Notes: generated by a model from the letters alone, not told the origin. A stretch of 64,000 bases of DNA from an uncultured Gammaproteobacteria bacterium (GCA_964531625.1 CAZHEL010000002.1:87559-151558), one strand, 5' to 3'. Shown: positions 10,247 through 20,718, counted from the first letter of the stretch. Made by a program: numbers and translations.

Positions 10247-11989
10247 TTACCCTAAAGCGTTGCGCACTTGTGCATGCTGCTCGCGCAATGCGGATGGTAA
10301 ACGGTCGCCGTAGCTATCTAAGTATTCGCCAAATTCATCCATTTCAAGCCGCCACTGATCGTCATCAATAGTCGTCAATGAAGCCCAAACCGCAGGATCA
10401 ATATCTAGGTCACTAGTATCCACACCGTCCGCTTCTGGCAAATAACCAATAGCCGTTTCTTTAGCGCCAAGCTTGCCATCGCAGCGATCGACTATCCATT
10501 GCAATACTCGCAGGTTTTCACCAAAGCCCGGCCATAGAAAATCGCCATCAGCATTTTGTCGAAACCAATTGACGTGGAATATTTTTGGCAATTTATCGCT
10601 ACGTTTTGCAAAGCTAAGCCAGTGCGACCAATAATCAGCAAAGTTATAACCGCAAAAAGGTTTCATTGCCATAGGGTCACGCCGAACCACACCCACTTGC
10701 CCGGTAGCCGCAGCAGTAGTCTCGGACGCTACACCTGCACCAATTAATACTCCATGGTCCCATGATTTGGCCTCGTAAACCAAGGGTGCTAACTCACGTC
10801 GCCGGCCACCAAATACAATGGCTGAAATTGGCACTCCTTGAGGTGCTTCAGCCAAACTTGAATAAGCGCGATTTTCTGTCGCAGACACCGTAAAACGGGA
10901 ATTTGGATGGGCCGCTGGACCGTTACCCGATACATACTCGTTGCCTTTCCAATCGATGCTGGCTTGACCAACTTTTTTATCTTCCCACCAAGGCTGATTA
11001 TCAGCGGTTTTGCCAACGTTAGTGAAGATGGTATTGCGCTGAATCATGTCATAGGCATTGCGGTTAGTTTTGGCGTTAGTGCCGGGCACTACTCCGAAAT
11101 AACCGGCCTCAGGATTGATTGCACGCATCTGACCTTGCTCATCCATATGCAACCAGGCAATGTCATCGCCTAGTGTCCATACCTTCCAGTCTTTATACTT
11201 TTGCGGCGGAATCAACATAGCCAAATTGGTTTTACCGCAAGCTGAAGGAAATGCGGCGGCAATGTAATGTGTTTCGCCAGCCGGGCTTTCCAGACCAAGA
11301 ATCAACATATGCTCGGCCAACCAACCTTCTTTGCGCGCTTGCCAGCTAGCAATACGCAAGGCATGACATTTCTTGCCTAATAAAGCATTGCCGCCATAGC
11401 CAGAGCCGTAGCTCATAATGCTCAGCTCTTCTGGAAAATGCATAATAAAACGCCTTTCTGGATCAAGCTCGCCAGTGGAGTGCAGGCCTTTCACAAAAGT
11501 GCCCTCTCGCTCAATACGAGACAATGCTGGGGCGCCCATGCGGGTCATCAACTTCATGTTGATAACCACATAAGGACTATCCGTAATTTCAACTCCACAT
11601 CGAGAATAAGGCGACTCAATCGGCCCCATGCAATATGGGATCACATAAAGCGTTCTACCCGCCATGCAGCCTTGATACAAGTCTTGCATCTTTTGCTTGG
11701 CGTCATCGATGGCCATCCAATTATTATTTTCGCCAGCGTCTTCGCGGTTTTCTGTACAGATAAAGGTAAGGTGTTCTACCCGTGCGACGTCTTGTGGATC
11801 AGATAAGTGCAGATAGCAATTGGGATGCGTGTCAGGATTAAGGCTACTCAATGTGCCCTGCTCCTGCATTAGCGCAATCATCTGCTCATACTCGGTATCA
11901 CTGCCGTCACACCAGACAATATTATCTGGCGTGGTAAGCTCAGCTACCGAAGAAACCCAAGACGCTAATTGTTGATTTTTCGTGGTCAT
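10247..11989 (-). CDS. pckG: phosphoenolpyruvate carboxykinase, GTP-dependent type
   Basis: About 580 aa from MTTKNQQLASW (ATG at 11987-11989). SACGKTN kinase-1a loop, FGGRR, WMRFG-like motifs and overall GTP-PEPCK architecture. Confidence 0.92.
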   Translation of the reverse strand: MTTKNQQLASWVSSVAELTTPDNIVWCDGSDTEYEQMIALMQEQGTLSSLNPDTHPNCYLHLSDPQDVARVEHLTFICTENREDAGENNNWMAIDDAKQKMQDLYQGCMAGRTLYVIPYCMGPIESPYSRCGVEITDSPYVVINMKLMTRMGAPALSRIEREGTFVKGLHSTGELDPERRFIMHFPEELSIMSYGSGYGGNALLGKKCHALRIASWQARKEGWLAEHMLILGLESPAGETHYIAAAFPSACGKTNLAMLIPPQKYKDWKVWTLGDDIAWLHMDEQGQMRAINPEAGYFGVVPGTNAKTNRNAYDMIQRNTIFTNVGKTADNQPWWEDKKVGQASIDWKGNEYVSGNGPAAHPNSRFTVSATENRAYSSLAEAPQGVPISAIVFGGRRRELAPLVYEAKSWDHGVLIGAGVASETTAAATGQVGVVRRDPMAMKPFCGYNFADYWSHWLSFAKRSDKLPKIFHVNWFRQNADGDFLWPGFGENLRVLQWIVDRCDGKLGAKETAIGYLPEADGVDTSDLDIDPAVWASLTTIDDDQWRLEMDEFGEYLDSYGDRLPSALREQHAQVRNALG

Positions 11990-12334
11990 AATTAGCTCTT
12001 TCAAATTTAGTTTTTTAAACCTGATCACAAATATTGAAGTCAAAGAGCGTGTAATCCTTGACAAAAAATGTTCTCAGTCACTGCGTCTCATACCGACTCT
12101 TTGCTTCAACCTAATAAATTACGCCACTAGAACTTTGGCAACCTAAACTGATAACAACAGGGATACAAATCCGTTTCAAACAAGCAATGTTCTCTAAGCC
12201 AACCCCAGAGTTCATACAAGTCAGTTGCATGAGGACGGCGATTTTATCACTCAGGGTATTATTTATCCAGAATATGCACAGACTAACTAATATTCAGCAA
12301 ATGAATAAAGCTCGTGTAATGGGCAGCTAATTTA

Positions 12335-14182
12335 TTATGATCGTCGAGCAGGAATGCGTAAACGTTGGCCTATTTGAATAGTAGAGCTTTTGCGTAAACG
12401 ATTAGCATCTAGCAAAGCGCTGCAACGTACCCGATAGCGTTCGGCAATTCCACAAGCAGTTTGCCCCCGCGTCACTATGTGCCAAGCATTCGCGGAAGAT
12501 ACTGAAACCGACTGGCCGACTCGAATCAAACTTTTAAAGGTCAATCCATTAATCGCTAAAAATTCACTGCACTTCATACCAAAGCGTTTTGCAATTTTGC
12601 ATGACGTATCTCCAGAGCGAACAGTATATTGCTGTATGCTGGAGCTATCGCTTGAAGTCGCCGAGCTACTACCACTGCTACTGCCGGCCACGCTAATGCC
12701 ACCAGACTTAGTAGGCACCTTAATTTTACGGCCAATATAGACTGTGCCTTTTCTATCAAGATTATTCAAAGAGCGTAATGCTCTGCAAGAGGCTCCGTAC
12801 TTTTCAGCGATGCCGCAGGCTGTCTGCCCGCGCTTAACTCGATGCCAAATAAAACCGGGTTTTTCTACTTCTTTAGGCAATTTATTCATGGCCGCCACCG
12901 ACGCGGCATAGCCAGTGGCCTCAAACGGTAGATTAACACCAACCCCTTTTGGCATCAGCGCCTTATTATTCCAAACGACTTTTCTAAATGCAGGATTCAT
13001 GGCCTTTAAGGTTTTTTTATCAACCCCGAGGGAGCGACTTAAACGTTTCGCTGAAGTGGAACGTCTAAGCACGATAGTACTGGATGCATTGGCCGGCGTC
13101 GCTACGGATTCAATTGCTCCAAAAAACTGTGACGCATTTTTCGCTACATAGCGCGCCGCCAAAAAGCTCGCATAGAAGTTTTTAACCGCGGTTTGAAAAC
13201 TCGGCGACTTGTATTCAACTAGTAAGCGCTCGTAGTCTAAACCAACCTGCTTAATGGCTCGCTCCATGCCTCTTACGCCATAATTGTAGGAAGTAATCAC
13301 AAATGGATTTAGGTTCTTAGCAATCACCGGATAACCATTTTCAAATGCAGTCTCGCTGAGGTCATTAACGCTGTTTCTAAAATACAGCGCCGCGGCCTTA
13401 GTTGCATGCAAGGGGTCATAACGTTCGTCCACTACGTTATTAACTTTTAAACCTAAACTACGCCCTGTTTGCGGCATAATTTGCCATAGGCCAGCGGCAC
13501 CTACATGCGAGACCGCATTAGGATTAAAAGCGGACTCCACAAACGGTAAGTATTGCAACTCTGGAGTTAAGTTTTGCTTTTCAAGCGCCTCTAAAATAGC
13601 CGGACGATAACGCTGAAACTGACTTAAAGCCTCACGCATACGATCTTTGTTGCCAGACTGACAACGAATACGATTAGTGGCAGACCGAATCCTTGAGCTG
13701 GATTCACCAACAAATAAACTACGCATTTTTGTTTGTGAACTACTTAAAGCCTGATTTTTCTCTACCGCTGAAGCTAGGCTATTCAATGATCGCTTAATGC
13801 GTTTACGCTCTCGGTCGATAGAATCCCCTTTGCGACTACGCCGACATCCATTTTTACGATTAATTGTAGAATAAACTCTTTGTGGGTTTTCCTTATCATG
13901 AAAGATTGCAGTATTGGTATCCCAACGGCTAAAAACCTCTATCCAAAACGCCACTCTGGGCAACAATGAGTTTGGGCAACTGAAGGTCTCATCACACTGT
14001 ATAGGGTAATTTGCGACAGGAACATCTAAACTTCGAGCTTGCGCCGAGCCGCTAACCATAATCCATCCACAGACCGATATTATCGCCACTACTAGCGCCA
14101 TTGGGGCGACATTATACGATCTATACCGTCTTATAAGCCTGAACCGTTTGGCTTTTGAATAACCGGTTTTATTTAAGCTCAT
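12335..14182 (-). CDS. mltD: membrane-bound lytic murein transglycosylase D-like (SLT domain + 3 LysM)
   Basis: ESAFNPNAVSHVGAAGLWQIMP catalytic motif. Three C-terminal LysM repeats (HRVKRGQTACGIAEKYG, YTVRSGDTSCKIAKRFG, HIVTRGQTACGIAERYR). Confidence 0.85.
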   Translation of the reverse strand: MSLNKTGYSKAKRFRLIRRYRSYNVAPMALVVAIISVCGWIMVSGSAQARSLDVPVANYPIQCDETFSCPNSLLPRVAFWIEVFSRWDTNTAIFHDKENPQRVYSTINRKNGCRRSRKGDSIDRERKRIKRSLNSLASAVEKNQALSSSQTKMRSLFVGESSSRIRSATNRIRCQSGNKDRMREALSQFQRYRPAILEALEKQNLTPELQYLPFVESAFNPNAVSHVGAAGLWQIMPQTGRSLGLKVNNVVDERYDPLHATKAAALYFRNSVNDLSETAFENGYPVIAKNLNPFVITSYNYGVRGMERAIKQVGLDYERLLVEYKSPSFQTAVKNFYASFLAARYVAKNASQFFGAIESVATPANASSTIVLRRSTSAKRLSRSLGVDKKTLKAMNPAFRKVVWNNKALMPKGVGVNLPFEATGYAASVAAMNKLPKEVEKPGFIWHRVKRGQTACGIAEKYGASCRALRSLNNLDRKGTVYIGRKIKVPTKSGGISVAGSSSGSSSATSSDSSSIQQYTVRSGDTSCKIAKRFGMKCSEFLAINGLTFKSLIRVGQSVSVSSANAWHIVTRGQTACGIAERYRVRCSALLDANRLRKSSTIQIGQRLRIPARRS

Positions 14183-14238
14183 TTATTATTAATCATTTAT
14201 TAACGAAGCTTGTAATACACATTTTGAGTTGCTCGAAG

Positions 14239-14272
14239 CTATTTTTAGCACGAGGCTCTTATTAGCACGAAG
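14239..14272. repeat. 2 x 17-nt tandem repeat (plus a degenerate third copy to ~14293) in the mltD / DUF2878 divergent spacer
   Basis: ctatttttagcacgagg / ctcttattagcacgaag (14/17 identical), then ctctttttgttag. Confidence 0.7.
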
Positions 14273-14424
14273 ACACAAGACTCTTTTTGTTAGTATTACA
14301 ATAATACCTATGTAGACCGGCGATTAACACGATCATTGCCAAGTATTTAGTTATTCCTTAAGTGCGTGTGCATTATCTTAGGCATTAATTAGCTAAACCT
14401 ATTTATTCAAAGGTAAATTGCAAT

Positions 14425-14952
14425 ATGAAGCAATTATTTAATCGTCATATCATTGTTAACGCAGTGCTCTTTCAATTGCTATGGTTTGCCGCCGTGATCG
14501 GCAGTGCCAAAGGCTTTGTTTGGCCATACCTTCTCTTTAGTACTTTACTTATTGTTTGGCAATTGCATCCGAGTCACAGACATCCTAGCGATCTAAAGGT
14601 GGTCGCCGTAGCCGTTGTTTTGGGACTAATAATTGACACCCTGTTTTTGCAGTTCAATGTGTTCAAATTCGCTGATTCTTTCCCTGTTGAAGGAATTTCC
14701 CCACTGTGGATTATATTGTTGTGGGTTGGCTTCGCATTGACCGTCAACCATTCTATGCAGTGGCTTAATAAACATCCTTTGTTGCCCGCTCTAGCTGGCG
14801 CTATTTTCGCGCCTTTATCTTATCTTGCGGGATTGCGCTTGGGCGCGGTTGAGTATCATATTGATCCTCTGTTAGTATCCGCTTTCATCAGTGTCCCTTG
14901 GGCACTGGCTCTAACTATTTTGTACACTATTGCTAACACATCCAATCAGTAA
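14425..14952 (+). CDS. small polytopic membrane protein (DUF2878-like)
   Basis: 175 aa with 4-5 hydrophobic helices. The family assignment is from memory only. Confidence 0.55.
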   Translation: MKQLFNRHIIVNAVLFQLLWFAAVIGSAKGFVWPYLLFSTLLIVWQLHPSHRHPSDLKVVAVAVVLGLIIDTLFLQFNVFKFADSFPVEGISPLWIILLWVGFALTVNHSMQWLNKHPLLPALAGAIFAPLSYLAGLRLGAVEYHIDPLLVSAFISVPWALALTILYTIANTSNQ

Positions 14953-14956
14953 AATT

Positions 14957-16021
14957 ATGGCGCTTGAAAATACTAATATCCAACGCATTGAGAACTTAAT
15001 CTCACCGGACGAGTTCAAGCATAAATTTCCAATCAGTGATGGAATAAGTGCACATGTCGAACGCAGCCGCAAAACGATTCGAAATATTCTGAATGGTGAT
15101 GACCATCGCATGATGGTAGTGGTTGGCCCATGCTCGGTACACGACCCTAAGGCGGCGCTTGAATATGCACAGGGTTTAGCGACCTTTGCTAAGCAAGTAG
15201 AGGACCAACTGTTTATTGTTATGCGGGTGTATTTTGAAAAGCCTCGCACCACAGTAGGCTGGAAAGGCTTAATCAATGACCCTCACCTAGATGGCTCTTT
15301 TAACATAGAAGAAGGCATGTCTTTGGGTAGAAACCTGATGATTAGCATTAACGAGATGGGCTTGCCAATTGCCAACGAAGCATTGGACCCAATTTCCCCT
15401 CAATACATGCAAGACCTCGTCAGTTGGTCAGCAATCGGTGCCCGCACTAGTGAATCACAAACCCATAGGGAGATGGCAAGCGGCTTATCAGTGCCGATTG
15501 GCTTTAAGAACGGAACCGATGGATCACTAGGCGTTGCCATCAATGCTTTGCAATCGGTAAGCAGCAGACACAGTTTTTTGGGTATTAATACCGATGGCAG
15601 CGTTGCCGTTGTGCATTCTAAGGGAAATCAAGACGCTCATATCGTGCTGCGTGGCGGCGGTGGCAAAACTAATTATGATTCGGTTAGCATTAATTTAACT
15701 GAGCAAGAACTGCATGATAAAGGCCTTCCAACAAATATTATGGTGGATTGTAGTCACGCTAATTCCAATAAAAATCCACAACTACAACCATTAGTTGTTG
15801 ATAATATTTCTCAGCAAATACTTGAGGGAAATCAAAGCATTATGGGAATAATGTTAGAAAGCAATTTAAATGCAGGTACGCAAAAATTAGGTTCGGATAA
15901 AACAAAACTAGACTACGGCGTGTCGATTACCGATGGTTGTATTGACTGGCAAACAACCGAGAAAACCTTACTAGATCTGCACCAAAAACTATCAAAGCAT
16001 AAGGCCTCTAGCTCAATATAA
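14957..16021 (+). CDS. DAHP synthase, class I, second paralogue
   Basis: GPCSVHDP, RVYFEKPRTTVGWKGLINDP, GFKNGTDG, VDCSHANS. The ATG at 14957 (MALENTNIQ) fits better than the overlapping upstream start at 14930. Confidence 0.92.
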   Translation: MALENTNIQRIENLISPDEFKHKFPISDGISAHVERSRKTIRNILNGDDHRMMVVVGPCSVHDPKAALEYAQGLATFAKQVEDQLFIVMRVYFEKPRTTVGWKGLINDPHLDGSFNIEEGMSLGRNLMISINEMGLPIANEALDPISPQYMQDLVSWSAIGARTSESQTHREMASGLSVPIGFKNGTDGSLGVAINALQSVSSRHSFLGINTDGSVAVVHSKGNQDAHIVLRGGGGKTNYDSVSINLTEQELHDKGLPTNIMVDCSHANSNKNPQLQPLVVDNISQQILEGNQSIMGIMLESNLNAGTQKLGSDKTKLDYGVSITDGCIDWQTTEKTLLDLHQKLSKHKASSSI

Positions 16022-16028
16022 GCCCTTA

Positions 16029-17375
16029 CTAGCCCTGAATGCTGTGGATGAAAATCGCTAGCACGATCATGGGGCAAACATAGCGCACATAACTGGGCCA
16101 GATTTTCCAGAACAGAGAATTTTCAGCCTCTGGCATTCCTTGTTTGATTTCACTCAACAGTGAGTCACGATTCCACACCCAACCCGCAAAGAAGCAAAAC
16201 AAAATGCCAATGAGTGGCTCACTGTATTTAGTAGTAAGGTTAATTACTAATCCAAATAAGGCTTCAAAATTAAAAATAATTAGGATACTAGCCAGGAAGA
16301 TCAAACCACCGGTTATCCAAGTTGCCTTAAATCTAGAAAATTGAAAACTCTCCTCTATCCGCGCAACCGGAACTTCAAGCATGGAAATCGATGAGGTTAA
16401 AGCGGCGATAGACATCAATACAAAAAACACGATCGATAGAATCACTCCAGCAAATCCCATGGTTTCAAACAGCGCTGGCATAACGCTAAATATCAATCGA
16501 TCGCTATTGATCAATGCACCCGCTTCATCATAAATAGGCACGCCGTTATGCAGAGCCACATACATGGCTGGAATAACTAATAAACCTGCTAATACGGCAA
16601 TACCAACATCCATAGCGGCCACCGCAGCACCCAATTTAGGTAAGTTTTCAGACTTACTCACATAGGATCCGTATATCATCATGGTGCCCACCCCTAAAGA
16701 AAGAGAAAAGAAGGCTTGGCCTAATGCGCTAATTACTAAATCGGGATTTAGTACACGGCTAAAATCCGGTTGTAAATAGACTTTCCATCCTTGGGCAGCG
16801 CCCGATTGGGTGCCAATATAAACAATTAGGGCAATAATAATTATGATCAATATTGGCATTAACAGGGTCGACCAACGCTCTATGCCATTAGTCACACCAT
16901 TGGAGATAATTGAGATAGTCAACGCGTAAAAAATGACACAAAAAATTATGTTTCTTTCGGTAGAAAATTCTCGCGACCATTGTGCCAACTCAGTTAAACC
17001 AATCAGCTCGACGACCGATGCAAAACCATGCGATATCATCCAGCCCGCGACAATCGCATAAAAACTAAGAATTAAGCTGGCGGTTATCATTCCCCAATAA
17101 CCGGTCAGCAAAGCCAACGGCCTAGTGCGCGGTGAACTAACTTTAGCAACCGACTCTACGGTATCGGCATTACCATATCGGCCTATTAGCAACTCAGCCA
17201 TCAAAATCGGATACGCGAGTAAAAAAGTTAAGACAATATAAGTGAATAAAAAAGCACCGCCGCCATTCGTGGCTACTTGAATTGGAAAGCCCCATATATT
17301 GCCAAGTCCGATCGCTGAACCCGCCGCAGCCAACACAAATGCGGTTCTTGAACTAAATTTACCTCTAGCGGCCAT
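16029..17375 (-). CDS. sodium-dependent transporter, neurotransmitter:sodium symporter (SNF) family
   Basis: N-terminal AAAGSAIGLGNIWGFP motif, about 11-12 TM segments, 448 aa. Confidence 0.88.
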   Translation of the reverse strand: MAARGKFSSRTAFVLAAAGSAIGLGNIWGFPIQVATNGGGAFLFTYIVLTFLLAYPILMAELLIGRYGNADTVESVAKVSSPRTRPLALLTGYWGMITASLILSFYAIVAGWMISHGFASVVELIGLTELAQWSREFSTERNIIFCVIFYALTISIISNGVTNGIERWSTLLMPILIIIIIALIVYIGTQSGAAQGWKVYLQPDFSRVLNPDLVISALGQAFFSLSLGVGTMMIYGSYVSKSENLPKLGAAVAAMDVGIAVLAGLLVIPAMYVALHNGVPIYDEAGALINSDRLIFSVMPALFETMGFAGVILSIVFFVLMSIAALTSSISMLEVPVARIEESFQFSRFKATWITGGLIFLASILIIFNFEALFGLVINLTTKYSEPLIGILFCFFAGWVWNRDSLLSEIKQGMPEAENSLFWKIWPSYVRYVCPMIVLAIFIHSIQG

Positions 17376-17420
17376 TATGCATACCTATTTTCTTAAGTAA
17401 TTAGTTTTAATAATACACTG

Positions 17421-18614
17421 CTATCGTTCAAGGACATGAGCAACACGTTCAACAATGACTGGTAGATTAGTCTCTGACAAGCCAGCAACGTTAATCCGTG
17501 TGCTATCCAGCAAATAGATCCCGAATTCAGACCGTAAGGCCAATACTGCCTCTAGTGGAATACCTAAAAAGCAGAACATACCGCTGCTTTCTTGCACAAA
17601 AGTAAAATCAATCTTTGATTGCGCATCGTTAAGGCCTTGAGCAAGCCCAGAGCGCAAGGTATTCATTCGCAATCGCACCTCTTCCAATTCTGCTTTCCAC
17701 TCTTTAGTTAACGCTGGATCGTCCAACACCTCACCCACAACTCCGCCGCCATGAAATGGCGACATACTGTAAGAGCGTCGTGCATAGGCCAAAATATGCG
17801 ACTTGGCGGCCGCGGTTGCTGCGCCGTTTTGAGTAATCACCATTAATGCACCGGTGCGCTCTCGATATACACCGAAGTTTTTTGAGCAAGAAGATGCTAC
17901 AACAACCTCCGGTAAGCGATTGATACAATTACGAATTCCATAAGAATCTTCATCTAAGCTACGACCAAAACCTTGGTAGGCTGAATCAATGAATGGGATT
18001 AAATCTCGCGCAGCTAATACATCAATTACCTGATCCCACTGACTGTCTGACAGATCAGCTCCGGTCGGATTATGGCAGCACGCATGTAGCAGCACAGCAT
18101 CGCCTTGCGGGATATTATTTAACGACTCCAACATGCCCTCAAAATCGATACCATGGGTAGTCTTATCGTAGTAAACGTAGGTTTCTAACTTCAACCCTAC
18201 GCTTTGCAATAAGGGGTAGTGATTACCCCAGGTTGGATCACTCACCCATAGCTTCGCTATATTTGCACCTACTAATAACTCACCACCCACATGCAAGGCA
18301 CCGCATCCGCCTGGCGTCATTACTGTGGCGAGACGATCACCCAATTCATCAACTAGGTCAGAACCCAATAATAAGCGACTGATATGCTCTAAAAACTTTG
18401 GTGCTCCATCTTGCGGTGCATAGGATTTAGTTAATTGCTGATCAATCATTAATTGCTCAGCTTTTTTAACCGCACTAAAAATCGGCGTATTTCCCTTTGA
18501 GTCTTGATACACCCCCACAGACAAATTAATTTTGTCAGGATTAGGATCACCATGAAACGTCTGGTTGAGCCCCAATATCGGGTCAGATGGCAAAAGTTCT
18601 AATTTTTCAAACAT
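17421..18614 (-). CDS. aromatic/aspartate aminotransferase (class I, AspC/TyrB type)
   Basis: 397 aa. MFEKLELLPSDPILGL, HACCHNPTG, SCSKNFGVYRERTG (PLP lysine). Confidence 0.9.
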   Translation of the reverse strand: MFEKLELLPSDPILGLNQTFHGDPNPDKINLSVGVYQDSKGNTPIFSAVKKAEQLMIDQQLTKSYAPQDGAPKFLEHISRLLLGSDLVDELGDRLATVMTPGGCGALHVGGELLVGANIAKLWVSDPTWGNHYPLLQSVGLKLETYVYYDKTTHGIDFEGMLESLNNIPQGDAVLLHACCHNPTGADLSDSQWDQVIDVLAARDLIPFIDSAYQGFGRSLDEDSYGIRNCINRLPEVVVASSCSKNFGVYRERTGALMVITQNGAATAAAKSHILAYARRSYSMSPFHGGGVVGEVLDDPALTKEWKAELEEVRLRMNTLRSGLAQGLNDAQSKIDFTFVQESSGMFCFLGIPLEAVLALRSEFGIYLLDSTRINVAGLSETNLPVIVERVAHVLER

Positions 18615-18661
18615 AGTCTATTGGGTAATTATTAGGTGTGAGTGTTTATGAAGCAGGCTGA

Positions 18662-19189
18662 TTAGGCGACCGAATCTTTGTCTTCGATCTGCGTTGTGTG
18701 TTGTTTTATTTCCGACAGATACTTAAATAACAAACGGTACGACTTAGGTGGTTTATTTTTGGCTTTTTCTTGATTGGCATTACGTACCAACTGACGTATC
18801 CGTTGGCGTTCAATTACTGGGTATTGCGTAATCAAATCAGTTAACAACTTATCATCACCGTCAAGCAAACGGTCACGCCATTGTTCTAGTTGATGCATTT
18901 CAGCGATCTGCTGCTTGTTAGGCTGCTTTTGTCTAGTTAACTCAAGTTGAATGGCATCGACATCTTCATGCTGCATTAGACTGGCAATACGTCGTAGCTG
19001 GCGTTGCAAGGCACCACGGCTAAAGCGCTTCCCATCGTCGATTGCTCGGCGCATAACATCACTAAGAGGAATTTTATTTAACGATCCTTCGTCTAAACCA
19101 ATCAATTCCTTACCAAGCTGATTAAGTACTTTAATCTCGCGCTTGATTTGACTTTTATTAGGTCGAATTGCGTAATTTGTTTCGCTCAT
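18662..19189 (-). CDS. yjgA: YjgA/DUF615 ribosome-associated protein
   Basis: 175 aa, basic and helical. SKSQIKREIKVLNQLGKEL-type N-terminus and RQLRRIASLM, as in E. coli YjgA. Confidence 0.7.
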   Translation of the reverse strand: MSETNYAIRPNKSQIKREIKVLNQLGKELIGLDEGSLNKIPLSDVMRRAIDDGKRFSRGALQRQLRRIASLMQHEDVDAIQLELTRQKQPNKQQIAEMHQLEQWRDRLLDGDDKLLTDLITQYPVIERQRIRQLVRNANQEKAKNKPPKSYRLLFKYLSEIKQHTTQIEDKDSVA

Positions 19190-19410
19190 GACAATTAGTT
19201 GTGAAACCCCATTATAAAACTTCGCAACTCGTTGTGAATCGTATTTACTGGCTCTTAACTGCTAGCAATAAACTAGACTGTCTATGGGACAAATTATGCT
19301 CTTTCACCTACGTCTTTACCAGTATTTTATCAGCAATAAGAACTTAGAAACTGCAAGCTTGAGAGCAAAAAGATAGCGTCTGCAAATGGCCTGTTAAATA
19401 GCAAATAAAG

Positions 19411-20718
19411 CTAGTTATCAAAAGTCACTTCAAAACTTGAACCGACGTCGACTTCGCTATGCACATCAACCTTCCAGTTAAATCGGTTCGAGAGACGATT
19501 AACAATAGTCAGACCCACACCATAACCTTTACGCTTAACTTTATCTTCAGCATTAACTCGGTAATACGGTTGGAAAATCTTCTTAATCTGTTCTTCGTTC
19601 ATGCCAACGCCGGTGTCTTCTATTACCACAGAGTGTTGTTTGATAACAATCGTTACCATGCCTTGCTCTGTGTAGATTATCGCATTACGAATAAGGTTAC
19701 CTAGGACAATTGACAGCACCTTGGGCGGCGCATGCAGCTCTAATGGATATTGTTGATCAATATGTACAACGATCGGTTTATTGTCTATGTGAATTTTGGC
19801 CTTATTGATTTCACTTTCAATCGTCTCGCTCACTTTTATGTGCTCTTGACGAAACTCTTGATCAGTCTCTCGAGCCAGTATCAAAAAAGCATCAATAAGC
19901 TCTTCCATGTCTCGAGCTGAGCCTTTAATACGGGTAACGTACTTTTTGGAGGTCTCATCTAACTCTTGTTCAGCCAACATCAAATCGCTGGCCATTTTAA
20001 TCACGGTCAACGGCGTTCTAAATTCATGACTAGCGTCTCGCGTGAACGCTCGTTCACGATCAATAAAACTCTTAATACGTCTTGAGTAAGATGAAAAAGA
20101 GCCAATCAACTTTTCCACCTCCCAATCCATATCTCCAGGAATATCGCTAAGATCGCTTAGAGTAGAAACATCATTGGCTGGATCAAATCGATCAAACTTA
20201 TTCGCCAGCCACACAATGGGACTGAGTAAATGACTGGACTCTCGATACACCAACCATGTTGCACCGTAAATCAAAATTAAAACTATCAACAACGGAAATA
20301 GGCCAAAAAACCAAGCGAGTCGCGTAACGCTCTTGCCATCAAACAACAGATGCAGTGTTTTGCCATGTTTTTCACTACTGTAGAGAAGCGAGTGCGATGT
20401 TTGGCCATGCATTTTATGAAATCCAAGACCAAAACCTCTAAGCTCAAGGGGTGAGTTTTTTACTTCCCCAATAGTCTCTATATAGCCCTTTAGATTTGCC
20501 GTATTGGGTGGTGGTAAGTTTGAGTCCTTTTCATAGTAGGTCCAATAGTGTTCAGCCTCGCTAATTAAGGCTTTGCGAACTAAGAATTGCTCAACAACAA
20601 CACTGGCAGAACCAATACTCAAAACCGCTAGTAAAGTAATAAAGCAAGCACGCACAATCGACTTGCGACTGAGCTTGCTATGCACTATAGACTTATTGTT
20701 TTTACCCTTGAGGTTCAT
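19411..20718 (-). CDS. sensor histidine kinase (2 TM, HisKA + HATPase)
   Basis: H-box SHEFRTPLT, N-box LIRNAIIYT, G-box EDTGVGM...GYGVGL. Confidence 0.85.
   Translation of the reverse strand: MNLKGKNNKSIVHSKLSRKSIVRACFITLLAVLSIGSASVVVEQFLVRKALISEAEHYWTYYEKDSNLPPPNTANLKGYIETIGEVKNSPLELRGFGLGFHKMHGQTSHSLLYSSEKHGKTLHLLFDGKSVTRLAWFFGLFPLLIVLILIYGATWLVYRESSHLLSPIVWLANKFDRFDPANDVSTLSDLSDIPGDMDWEVEKLIGSFSSYSRRIKSFIDRERAFTRDASHEFRTPLTVIKMASDLMLAEQELDETSKKYVTRIKGSARDMEELIDAFLILARETDQEFRQEHIKVSETIESEINKAKIHIDNKPIVVHIDQQYPLELHAPPKVLSIVLGNLIRNAIIYTEQGMVTIVIKQHSVVIEDTGVGMNEEQIKKIFQPYYRVNAEDKVKRKGYGVGLTIVNRLSNRFNWKVDVHSEVDVGSSFEVTFDN

Noticed and set aside
11990-12064. N-terminally extended ORF starts in the track (pckG 12064, kdsA 41053, pyrG 42716, skp 51697, recN 28974, aroB 2344, DAHPS2 14930)
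   Set aside because: The extensions lack homology to the known N-termini, and some overlap the upstream gene. Internal ATGs reproduce the canonical N-terminal sequences.
14246-14272. CIRCE-like TTAGCAC half-sites as a possible HrcA operator
   Set aside because: The two copies are direct repeats, not inverted, and lack the GAGTGCTAA arm. They do not form a CIRCE element.
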